From: Leptolyngbyaceae cyanobacterium
GTDB taxonomy: Bacteria; Cyanobacteriota; Cyanobacteriia; Phormidesmidales; Phormidesmidaceae
Direction of reading: 5' to 3'
Length of the DNA stretch: 64,000 nucleotides
NCBI GenBank assembly: GCA_965263355.1
Contig: CBDHHL010000032.1
Coordinates: 2,528,001-2,592,000 of the forward strand
Of the stretch, positions 8,877-17,745 are shown in pieces. The notes under the pieces were generated by a model, which ran no database searches, had not been told where the DNA came from, and saw only the letters and a list, made by a program, of their open reading frames with translations. Position 1 is the stretch's first letter, and each line of letters opens with the position of its first letter. The translations under genes and the position numbers were made by a program.

Positions 8877-11403
8877 CTAGTAATGCGGCTGCTTTGTGCG
8901 AAGGCACTGGTTTCGAAAAAAAGTACCCCTGACCATATTCGCATCCCCAATTTTTGAGCTGGGTAGCCTGCTTAGCTGCCTCAATTCCTTCGGCAACAAC
9001 ATTCATGTTCAGGTTGTGACTGAGGGCAATGATGGTCTTGACAATTGCCTCATTTTCAGAGGCTTCATGCATGCGGATCACAAATGAACGATCTATCTTG
9101 AGAGTGTCTACAGGAAAACGGTGTAGATAGCTAAGAGAGGAATATCCAGTACCAAAATCGTCGATGCCAAGTTTAACGTTAAGGGCTTTTAAGCGCAGTA
9201 ATCCCTCAATCGAGGTTTCGACATCGTCCATCACAGCACTCTCGGTTAATTCCAGTTTTAATGTATCAGGTCGTAGGCCAGTTTCTTGAATGATATTTTG
9301 AATATTCTCAACCAGGTGTTTGTCTGTGAACTGGCAACCGGAAAGGTTAACGCTCATAAAAATCGGTGGGGTTTTGGGAAATTTTTGATGCCACGCTTGC
9401 ATCTGGAGACAGGCTTCTCGCAACACCCAATACCCCAGGGGGACGATTAAACCGCTTTCCTCAGCCAGGGAAATAAAGTTGCCGGGATAGATTAGACCTT
9501 TTTGAGGATGTTGCCAACGCACTAGGGCTTCAAATCCTCTAACTAACCCTGTCTTTAAGCAGACTAGGGGTTGGTAATGTAGCTGTAGATGATTTTGTTT
9601 GATCGCCTGGTGTAAATCAGCTTCTATGGAAAAACGGTTGACTGATTGGGCCAGCATTTGTGTGGAAAAAACTTCATATCGAGCCTTTCCCATCGATTTG
9701 GCTCGATGCATGGCGATATGGGCATCACGAATAATTGCCTCTGGTTTTTGATGACATCCTTTTTCACTGAGGGCAATTCCGATACTGGCGGTTAGATTCA
9801 GCTGTTGTGTTTTCAGGTATACTGGCTTGGTTATGCTAGCCTGTAATCGGTCAGCTAACGCGGTAGCCGCTTTGGAGTTGGGGCATTGCTTTAGTAAAAG
9901 AACAAAGTCATCTCCATCTAGCTTGGCTAGGTGACTCTCAGATGGAAGATTCGACCGTAGTCGAGATGTTATTATCCGTAGTAGTTTATCTCCAGCTGCA
10001 CGACCAAAATTGTTGTTAATAAGTGTAAACCGATCAATATCAATAAACAGAACTGCTAAATTTTTGTTTGCTTCGTGAGATTTTTTTTGTAGGACTTTTT
10101 CCAGGGTTTGAATAAAGAATTTGCGGTTAGATAACCCTGTGAGTTCGTCAAAAAAGCTGTGGTAAAACTCCTTGTAACCTAAGGCCATAATGCCCGCAAG
10201 GCTGAACCCTAATGTAGGAATAAAACAAGGAATCCAAACAGTCTGCGTGAGGCTAAAAAAAGTTATGGCTACAATACCTGAAACCCCACCAAGGCTTGTC
10301 AAACTGAGAATACTCAATCGCTTTGAGTGGTAGATGAGGAAACTACCTGCCAGGGTCCATAGCCCAATCCACACTATTTCTAGAGCGTCTGGCCAAAATT
10401 GAAGCAGTGGCCTTTCTCCTGTGACAGCGCTTAAAATCTGACTGGTCATATGGGCATGAATAACCACACCGGGCAAGACAAAATCATTGGTCTTGGATGA
10501 GCTGTAGGGTGTGTAAAAATAATCTTTCTCACTTAGTGCTGTTGTCCCAATTAAAATGATTTTGTCTTCAATCCAGCTGGGATCAAATCGGTTTTGTAAG
10601 ACATCACTGAGGGATATTATTCTTGCTGGTTGACTGGGAGAACGATACTTTAAAAGCGATTGGTACCCAGCATTATCAATGGTTTGGTAGCCACCAGAAC
10701 TGCGGTTTAACCGCTCAAAGTGGGTATCGCCTATCTGCATACTCTTTGCTGTAAAACTAGGCTCAGGATCAACGTTGGGATTATTCTCAGCGAGATAGTG
10801 CAGACTTAGACGCAGCGATAGGGAATAAAATTTTTCCTCCCCTAAGGCTGCAAACATAAAATGTCGTCGGACTACACCATCTGGGTCAATTACTAAGTCA
10901 TTAAAGGCAATTTGGTCGTGGGGGACACCTGGAGGTGGGGGAACACTCTCATAATCTGGACCGCCTAAATTTTCAATGGAAATAACGTTTTTGGCCTGCA
11001 GTTCCTTTTTTAAAAGCTGGTGCCCTCGGGAGTGGGGAATATCTCGATAAATGTCTAATCCAATGGTGGTGGGATTATGCTGCTGTAGTTGGGCCAATAA
11101 TTTAGCGATGACTTCGTCAGCTAGCGGCCAGGTTTGCTGAGCTTGAATATCGTCTTCAGTGATACCTACGATCAGGATGCGGGGATCGGGAGGAGAGACA
11201 GGTTGCGATCGCAGCATCCAATCATACATGGCTAGCTCTAATGGCTGAGACAACCCCAGTTGACGCAAACCAACCATTGAGCCAGTTACAACAATTGCAA
11301 TCAATATTAAAGGCCAGTATCCTCGAAAACAAGCTGCTTGAAAGGCATTTAAGGGCATAGACACTGCCGCATAAATTTTCTTTTTCAGGAGTAATAGCGG
11401 CAC
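8851..11403 (-). CDS. CHASE2-GGDEF-EAL protein, likely c-di-GMP phosphodiesterase
   Basis: CHASE2 (DPRILIVGITE, GLDIYRD, D.DGVVRR, PGVVIHA), 3 TM helices, degenerate DGDDF, intact EALVRW and DDFGTGYSS. Confidence 0.92.
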   Translation of the reverse strand: MPLLLLKKKIYAAVSMPLNAFQAACFRGYWPLILIAIVVTGSMVGLRQLGLSQPLELAMYDWMLRSQPVSPPDPRILIVGITEDDIQAQQTWPLADEVIAKLLAQLQQHNPTTIGLDIYRDIPHSRGHQLLKKELQAKNVISIENLGGPDYESVPPPPGVPHDQIAFNDLVIDPDGVVRRHFMFAALGEEKFYSLSLRLSLHYLAENNPNVDPEPSFTAKSMQIGDTHFERLNRSSGGYQTIDNAGYQSLLKYRSPSQPARIISLSDVLQNRFDPSWIEDKIILIGTTALSEKDYFYTPYSSSKTNDFVLPGVVIHAHMTSQILSAVTGERPLLQFWPDALEIVWIGLWTLAGSFLIYHSKRLSILSLTSLGGVSGIVAITFFSLTQTVWIPCFIPTLGFSLAGIMALGYKEFYHSFFDELTGLSNRKFFIQTLEKVLQKKSHEANKNLAVLFIDIDRFTLINNNFGRAAGDKLLRIITSRLRSNLPSESHLAKLDGDDFVLLLKQCPNSKAATALADRLQASITKPVYLKTQQLNLTASIGIALSEKGCHQKPEAIIRDAHIAMHRAKSMGKARYEVFSTQMLAQSVNRFSIEADLHQAIKQNHLQLHYQPLVCLKTGLVRGFEALVRWQHPQKGLIYPGNFISLAEESGLIVPLGYWVLREACLQMQAWHQKFPKTPPIFMSVNLSGCQFTDKHLVENIQNIIQETGLRPDTLKLELTESAVMDDVETSIEGLLRLKALNVKLGIDDFGTGYSSLSYLHRFPVDTLKIDRSFVIRMHEASENEAIVKTIIALSHNLNMNVVAEGIEAAKQATQLKNWGCEYGQGYFFSKPVPSHKAAALLANPSSWKY

Positions 11404-11484
11404 GAAAGCAAAACCGGCTGTGGTGTGACCCCAGATTACCCGGAAGGCCCATAGGGATAACGGTGAGGGGCCAGCTCGCTCCTA

Positions 11485-12825
11485 TTAAAGGGATTGAAAG
11501 ATGCCTTGCTCCAGTTGGACAACCGCCGACATTATTCCCGTCTCTGGATCATTCAAGAGTGACTGTTCCACCCCTTGTAAATAGTCTACCAAATTGGTTT
11601 TGAGCACGGGACGTTCCAACTCCACCGTATGCTGATAATCCCAAAGATCCCAAATAAAAATCCCAACACCTACAATCGGATCCACTAAACTGGTGCCCAA
11701 CTCAGCCGCCACCGTTCCCCCTGTTTTCGCCGCTAATTTAGAGGCTGCAGTTCCAGCTAACTTAGAACTGGCTTTACTACCGATTTTGCCCACAGTAGTC
11801 AATACTAGCGGCTTGGTTAGCAGGTAACTACTGCCCCCGACCAACATCTTGAGCGAAAGATTGGAGAGAGTCCCTTCCGTATCTTGAACTGTGGTGGAAA
11901 TATCGGACAAATATCGCTCCCATTGCCCTTGCGGAATTCGATATTTCACTTGCACCTGATCCATATTCTGGCGCAATGCGAGTAAATAATGATTGATGGT
12001 TTCTGTGGTGAGATTTTCCAATTGGATTTGGGCCGTTTGAGGGACTAACACCTGTTTTGCAAACTGTTTTTGAAACTCCCCCGTAAAGCGACTAATCACG
12101 GCCTCATTGGCCGTCATCTGATGCGGGTTCACCCTATGGAGCGCAGCTGATGACACCCATACCAGAGGCGTCATAAACTCGATCTTTTTCTGGTTTAAAT
12201 AACCAAAGTACCAATCAAGGAAATGGTCTACTCGACCTTCTAACTGGATTTCCCAATCATCTAGCTCAGCCTTTGCAAATTCCTGGGCACTTTGATGGGC
12301 GGTTTGAACTGCCTCTACTAGGGCTTTATCTAAATTCGCCCGCCTGGGGATTGCCGGAACCGTTACCTCCGTTAATGGTGGCCTTGCCTGTTGCACTGGG
12401 GAAGGTGAAGAGTAAAACAAGAGTGCCTTCCCCACCAAGGGGATCACCACTACTAAAATAATTGCTCCCCAAATGAAGGGTTGGAGCGATCTCAATAAAT
12501 TACTCCATGCGGCAATTCGCTCGGTCTTTTCAGAATAGGAGGTCTTTTTAGAGTCAGGTGGTTGAGGCGTTAATGCTGAAGATGTTGGAGTTGCACTTGA
12601 TGTGGTCGGTTGACTCAGACGGTTGCGACCTTGGGAAATGCGTTTAGCTTCATCAGGGGAAGCATGCACCACGATTTCCTCAAAGGAGGACCGGGGGGCG
12701 GAGGGAGAAAAAGAGGATGCATCAAGCTTAGAGTCACTCGCTGGCTCTGCACAGTCGGATAGGTCTGGCTGTTGTTTATTTGGTTGCTGTTCCATGGTTG
12801 CTACCTCACACATCATCAAGGGCAC
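11485..12825 (-). CDS. hypothetical membrane-anchored helical protein
   Basis: Long ORF; low-complexity N-terminus, one TM helix, Gly/Ala-rich hydrophobic C-terminal segment. Confidence 0.7.
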   Translation of the reverse strand: MPLMMCEVATMEQQPNKQQPDLSDCAEPASDSKLDASSFSPSAPRSSFEEIVVHASPDEAKRISQGRNRLSQPTTSSATPTSSALTPQPPDSKKTSYSEKTERIAAWSNLLRSLQPFIWGAIILVVVIPLVGKALLFYSSPSPVQQARPPLTEVTVPAIPRRANLDKALVEAVQTAHQSAQEFAKAELDDWEIQLEGRVDHFLDWYFGYLNQKKIEFMTPLVWVSSAALHRVNPHQMTANEAVISRFTGEFQKQFAKQVLVPQTAQIQLENLTTETINHYLLALRQNMDQVQVKYRIPQGQWERYLSDISTTVQDTEGTLSNLSLKMLVGGSSYLLTKPLVLTTVGKIGSKASSKLAGTAASKLAAKTGGTVAAELGTSLVDPIVGVGIFIWDLWDYQHTVELERPVLKTNLVDYLQGVEQSLLNDPETGIMSAVVQLEQGIFQSL

Positions 12826-13311
12826 CTAGATTCCTAAGATACCCATTTATGACCCAGTTGAATCAATTTTCTTTGCTCAGAGGCCGAGTAGGGTTCATGG
12901 TGACGCACCTAATCTTCAATCACCAAGGAGGTAAGCTGTAGGACAGGCAGTCACACTTGGATAACCATGGCCGCTTACCGAAATAATATCTGCCCACCAT
13001 CACTCTGCAATTTTACCAAATCGAACATGGAGACAGAGAGAATGTAAGGCCTGTTGAAAGTCCCCGAAAAAGTTTACAAGTTACGGTGGGCAAGCACAGA
13101 GATTAGCAAAGCGCAAAAGCTCTTCAGAAGTTGTTGCCCACCCTAGGTTTACTTCTTAGGTTTTACACTGGAACTGTTCTCACCCTACCTCGCGCTAATT
13201 AACCGATAATGGAAGTCCGGCCAGGTTCGGGGATTCTCACCCAGCAAATTTAGTTGAGGGGTGAGCGAAGACGAACCCCGGATGAATTGTGTAAGCAACT
13301 CACTGGTTCGG

Positions 13312-13812
13312 CTAAAAATTTGATTTAGAGGCTGAACCGGTTTCGATTAAAAATCTATTTCTGCCTTTCTCACCAAAGTCCACCTGATGTTGTTTATTCG
13401 GGTAATCTTTCAGAATTGAGTTCCAAAGTTTTGATGCGGCTTGATTACTTGCAGAATAAGAGATTTCCCACAATCCTGTGTATTTATTTAGGAGTTGTTG
13501 TGATACCAATGTTCCAATACCTAACCTTCTATATCTTCTCAGTATAAAAAATTCGGCAATCTGGTAATCCCAATCCTCATTTCCAGGATTCATACGCACC
13601 ATCACGAATCCTGCTAGATTTTTATTTATAGATATTAGATATGCGTGTCTTTCTTTCTCCTGAAAATATGCCTCAAACCAGCGATAAGCAAACATACCAT
13701 CTAGACCAATCTCGAATTGGTCAAATTCAGAGTAGTCATGCATGCAAAGATGTACCAAGTTCCGGAGAATAGATTTCTCTGCAATAGTCACGCGTTGTAA
13801 TTCGATGTTCAT
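13312..13812 (-). CDS. GNAT family N-acetyltransferase
   Basis: IAEFFILRRYRRLGIG acetyl-CoA motif and N..A...W; visibly AT-rich compared with neighbours. Confidence 0.88.
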   Translation of the reverse strand: MNIELQRVTIAEKSILRNLVHLCMHDYSEFDQFEIGLDGMFAYRWFEAYFQEKERHAYLISINKNLAGFVMVRMNPGNEDWDYQIAEFFILRRYRRLGIGTLVSQQLLNKYTGLWEISYSASNQAASKLWNSILKDYPNKQHQVDFGEKGRNRFLIETGSASKSNF

Positions 13813-13925
13813 TTTCTAGTGTGTTTGGTGACTGTCTGACAAGCTATCACAAATGTCTTTTATATAGAGATTGGTTGTGTTATCAGTTTTTTGCTCAGTA
13901 CGGTATTACTTCCAGGGATAAACCT

Positions 13926-14678
13926 TTAAATATCTTCAGAATCCCATTGATTTTGTGCCGTCCCAATATATATAACTCGCGTATCATCATCGAACTGCAC
14001 CTGAAACCCGCCAGTTTTCCAAAAGTGCATCAGATTAGCCATCTGATCTAAAGGATTACGGCCAAATAGGTCAAATCCCTGTATCGTCACTTCTGAAAAC
14101 CCCGCTTGCACCAGCAGTTCCTCCAGCTCCTCTGGCCTCACAAACTTTTGCCAATCATGAATCCCTCGGGGAATCAATCGTAGTACATCCTCCAGCAGCC
14201 AGATCATCAGCACCCGCGACTGCCAGGTGCGATTAATCGTATCAAAGCAAAATTGCCCCCCTGGCCGCAGCACCCGCCCAATTTCCGCCACCGTCGCCGC
14301 CGGACTCTCCACATGTTCCAACACATCCACACAGACCACCACATCAAAGCCGTCATCTTCAAACGGTAGGGTTTCCCCCACCCCCACCCGATAATCAATC
14401 GTTAGCCCCATGGCCGCACTATGGCCTTCCGCTGCCTCAATACAGGCCGCCGACTGATCAATGCCAGTAACTTCCGCCCCCCGCTGAGCCAAAAACTCAC
14501 AGGTATACCCCCCACCGCAGCCTACATCCAACACCTTCAGACCATGCCAATCAGAAATCACCCGATCAAAATACTCAAACCGCAGAGGATTCAGCTTACT
14601 TAGCGGAAAAATTGTTGCCGTCTCACTCCACCACTGGGCGGCCTGTTGGTCGTAAAATGCAAGGTTGTTGCGTTCCAT
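13926..14678 (-). CDS. ubiG: UbiG-like class I SAM-dependent O-methyltransferase
   Basis: WW...L..LNP.R, VLDVGCGGG, DVLEHV, TINRT, H.W.KF..PEEL. Confidence 0.8.
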   Translation of the reverse strand: MERNNLAFYDQQAAQWWSETATIFPLSKLNPLRFEYFDRVISDWHGLKVLDVGCGGGYTCEFLAQRGAEVTGIDQSAACIEAAEGHSAAMGLTIDYRVGVGETLPFEDDGFDVVVCVDVLEHVESPAATVAEIGRVLRPGGQFCFDTINRTWQSRVLMIWLLEDVLRLIPRGIHDWQKFVRPEELEELLVQAGFSEVTIQGFDLFGRNPLDQMANLMHFWKTGGFQVQFDDDTRVIYIGTAQNQWDSEDI

Positions 14679-14697
14679 AATAGTTGTGGCAATATCC

Positions 14698-15432
14698 GTG
14701 GCTCAGGTCTCTATTATTATCCCAGTCTTAAACGAAGCCAGTTGCCTGGGCCGCACCATACGACATCTAGACATTCTGGACCCGCCTGCTAAGGAAATTA
14801 TTGTCGTTGATGGCGGCAGCACCGATGATACCGTAGCCATTGCTAAAGACCATGGAGTCAGGGTAATCTTTGCTGACCGACCGGGCCGCTCGGTGCAAAT
14901 GAACCTGGGGGCAAAACAAGCAACTGGCGATATTTTGTGTTTTCTCCATGGAGATACCAGGGTACCAGACGATGTCGTCGAGGTCATAACTGTGACCCTG
15001 ACAAATCCAGCCATTGCCTGCGGCGGCTTTATTTCTGTTATGGCAGGACAACAAATCACCCGTTGGGGCATCTCGTTGCACAATACTATTAAAACCCATT
15101 ATGCCGCACTGTTGTTTCGGCCCCATCGTTACTTTTGCGACGGATTACGAGTTCTGTTTGGAGACCAGGTAATGTTCTGTCGGCGGTCAGACTTTTGGAC
15201 CTGCGGTGGTTTTGATGAGAGCTTACCGATTATGGAAGACGCAGATTTGTGTGCAAAACTGGCGCGTTTGGGCCGTATTTACCAGGTAAATCGACTGGTA
15301 CAGTCGTCTGACCGTCGGGTGGCTAAATGGGGACCGCTAAAGGCCAATTTTATTTATCTGGTCATTGGTGGCCTGTGGGGCATGGGTGTGCCTGGAAAAT
15401 GGCTAAAGCGATTTTATGAAGACGTGCGTTGA
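14698..15432 (+). CDS. GT2 glycosyltransferase, TIGR04283-like family
   Basis: VSIIIPVLNE, VVDGGSTD, QMNLGA, FLHGDT, GDQ.MF, PIMED, SS.RR; GTG start at 14698 inferred. Confidence 0.85.
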   Translation: MAQVSIIIPVLNEASCLGRTIRHLDILDPPAKEIIVVDGGSTDDTVAIAKDHGVRVIFADRPGRSVQMNLGAKQATGDILCFLHGDTRVPDDVVEVITVTLTNPAIACGGFISVMAGQQITRWGISLHNTIKTHYAALLFRPHRYFCDGLRVLFGDQVMFCRRSDFWTCGGFDESLPIMEDADLCAKLARLGRIYQVNRLVQSSDRRVAKWGPLKANFIYLVIGGLWGMGVPGKWLKRFYEDVR

Positions 15433-15433
15433 T

Positions 15434-16138
15434 TTAACGCCCATTTAGTTGCCAACTGTAGGGCAGGTAAACCACTTTTACAGACTCTGGTAGCTGAGCA
15501 GCGGTGTAATAACGATCGCAATATTTCACAATTGAATCTGCCACTGTTAGAAAATCAGCCTTATACCATTTTAAAATCTTGCTGCAGTAGAGAGTCTGGC
15601 TAGCGGCATCGTAGCGGACTTTGGCTGGGTTGTTGATAAAGCGATCGCAATCCTCCTCCAGCTGCTCTGTCAGCTTATCTGGTCCATAGGCCTCTGCCCT
15701 TAACAGCGGACAGCCAATGGATGCACATACCAGGGCAAAATGAATACGCGGGTCGAGAAACTGCTGGCGCAGGATATCGTGTTCGATATTGTTCAGGCTT
15801 AGAGATCGACCGTTTAAGGTGTAGACCGTTTTAGTAAAGAACTGCAGAAAGGCTAGCCAGTTGGGAATGCCAAGCACCTTGGGCCGAATGGACGTAATCG
15901 GGTACTGATGGAGCACTTGCCTGATAGTGAGGGCGTTGTAGAGGTTTAGGAGAGTTGCGATCGCCTGCTTCCTGGTTAATTCCTGCAGGTCCACATTACC
16001 CATCTCGGTCAGCCACTGTTCCAGTTCCGGCAACGATTCTTGTCGCCATTGACCATAAGCAACCCGACCTTGGTCGTTAACATAGTTTCGCAGTAGCTTA
16101 TCCCAGCTAGCAAAGATGCTCATCTCCCCACTCCCCAT
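15434..16138 (-). CDS. DUF547 domain protein
   Basis: NLYNALT, SLNNIEH.ILR, DPRIHFALVCASIGCP, SKILKWY..DF, Y.W.LN. Confidence 0.9.
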   Translation of the reverse strand: MGSGEMSIFASWDKLLRNYVNDQGRVAYGQWRQESLPELEQWLTEMGNVDLQELTRKQAIATLLNLYNALTIRQVLHQYPITSIRPKVLGIPNWLAFLQFFTKTVYTLNGRSLSLNNIEHDILRQQFLDPRIHFALVCASIGCPLLRAEAYGPDKLTEQLEEDCDRFINNPAKVRYDAASQTLYCSKILKWYKADFLTVADSIVKYCDRYYTAAQLPESVKVVYLPYSWQLNGR

Positions 16139-16333
16139 CTTCCCAAAAACTTCAAACCCAATGAAATGTCAGACTAACTTCAATCACACAAATTTAACCA
16201 TTATCTTGTCAAATCACCTTGAATATATAGATGGAGAGTGGGGTATTAACGTAGACAATGCATCAGTTACCCATGCCGTGAACCAACTTGTTATCAACAA
16301 TATTTAAACTTTTGTAACGACTCCCAGGTATTC

Positions 16334-16362
16334 GCAGATTTTTTACTGCGGTTTTTTGAGAT
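16334..16362 (+). promoter_or_regulatory. conserved bipartite motif GCAGAT-N17-TGAGAT (putative alternative-sigma promoter)
   Basis: GCAGAT at 16334-16339, TGAGAT at 16357-16362, T-tract before the second box; about 110 nt upstream of the 16471 ORF. Confidence 0.65.
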
Positions 16363-16470
16363 CCCCTGAGGCGAGTAGTTGTATGCCGTCTGGCTATCAA
16401 TGTCAGAAACATAGAGCAGTTAATAGGTGCTTGTAATTAGCCGTATCAAATTTTTGGGAGAATCAGGCAA

Positions 16471-17526
16471 GTGTTTGTTACCATCCTTCGAGTTCGCTAC
16501 AGGTTGCTGATAGTCGCAACAGCTCTGATACTGGCATTTGTAAGTGTATTTTTGGATGTTGGCAGTTCCTTTGCTACACAACCTCGAAACTTTCAAGTCA
16601 TGCGAGCTGCTAGACCACAACCACCCCATGACGCTATCATTGGGTGTCCACCTCGTACATGTGGTCCCCAGCGTTTAGCGAATGGTAGTGCACTCCTTAG
16701 CTCACCACTTACCATACGTGATCCTCAAACGGTTAGTAATAGTCGGTTTGTAACTGTTCAAGGAGCATCTTCCAATGCGGATGATATTGTTCAGCTTGTA
16801 GATGATGCCGTCTCCGTATGGGAAAAGGCATTTGAGCCTGCTAGTTTTCCCAACATTACGATCCATGTGGGCTGGGCCGATTTTGGGATAGGGGGGCTCT
16901 CTGATCAGAATGGTTCACTGGCACCAGATCCCGACTATCCAGAATCTTTTATGGTACCGAGTGATGCCATTGGGCTTCACATTTGTGGTGCTCCCATATC
17001 GTCAAATCAGAGCCCCGACCCTTATGTTGATTCTTCAGGAAATGGCTGTAGACCCGCTGCTTTAGATGAAGTGACTGTCTTATTTAATAGTGAACCACTG
17101 TCATTTGACTACAGTGGGCAACAAGGTGACATAAAACTGTTGTTAGATAGCAATCCGTTCAATGCTTTAATCTGGGATAATTTGCAGACTATTCCACTGA
17201 AAGGAAGCCGACTAGAATTGACCCCTGATGTGGTTGACCTTTTTACTGTTGCCTTACATGAAGTGGGGCATGTGCTTGGGTTTTCTGAGATTAATCCAGC
17301 TGTAGAAGATTTGATCAATCAAGGTCCTCTCTTTGACGCCGCCCATATCCCTGCTGAGAAGCCATCCGTTATGGCTGAGTACTTGGCAATGAATACACGA
17401 AAGTGTCCCACCCCGGATGATGTAGAGCTGATTCATGCGTTTGGCTCCTATGTGCCAGAGGCTTCTGGATATGCGCCCAGTAGTTTAACCCCCTGCCAAG
17501 AGTCACCAGCAAGGTATGTTCCATAA
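16471..17526 (+). CDS. secreted zinc metalloprotease-like protein
   Basis: Hydrophobic N-terminus, DLFTVALHEVGHVLGF zinc motif, SVM Met-turn-like motif, several cysteines. Confidence 0.75.
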   Translation: MFVTILRVRYRLLIVATALILAFVSVFLDVGSSFATQPRNFQVMRAARPQPPHDAIIGCPPRTCGPQRLANGSALLSSPLTIRDPQTVSNSRFVTVQGASSNADDIVQLVDDAVSVWEKAFEPASFPNITIHVGWADFGIGGLSDQNGSLAPDPDYPESFMVPSDAIGLHICGAPISSNQSPDPYVDSSGNGCRPAALDEVTVLFNSEPLSFDYSGQQGDIKLLLDSNPFNALIWDNLQTIPLKGSRLELTPDVVDLFTVALHEVGHVLGFSEINPAVEDLINQGPLFDAAHIPAEKPSVMAEYLAMNTRKCPTPDDVELIHAFGSYVPEASGYAPSSLTPCQESPARYVP

Positions 17527-17745
17527 TTGACTAAGTATGTTGACCTAATCATCATTGCTCAGTCCAATGGAACCTCGGTACTTAAAGCATAGTTGAATAA
17601 TCTGTTTAACCCGTGCTTAGACTTGAATTGAGCTTAATGCTTCTAAAAATTTAAGAAATCTTGCCTTAGGACATATTTCCTAGCCTGAGGCAAGGTTTCT
17701 CTTTTAGGCTAATACCGATTTGTTTTAGAGCCATTCTTAGCCCCC

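Noticed and set aside
12860..13190. Degenerate REP-like hairpins and a possible gene fragment
   Set aside because: Too degenerate to assign; no open frame with a recognisable motif.
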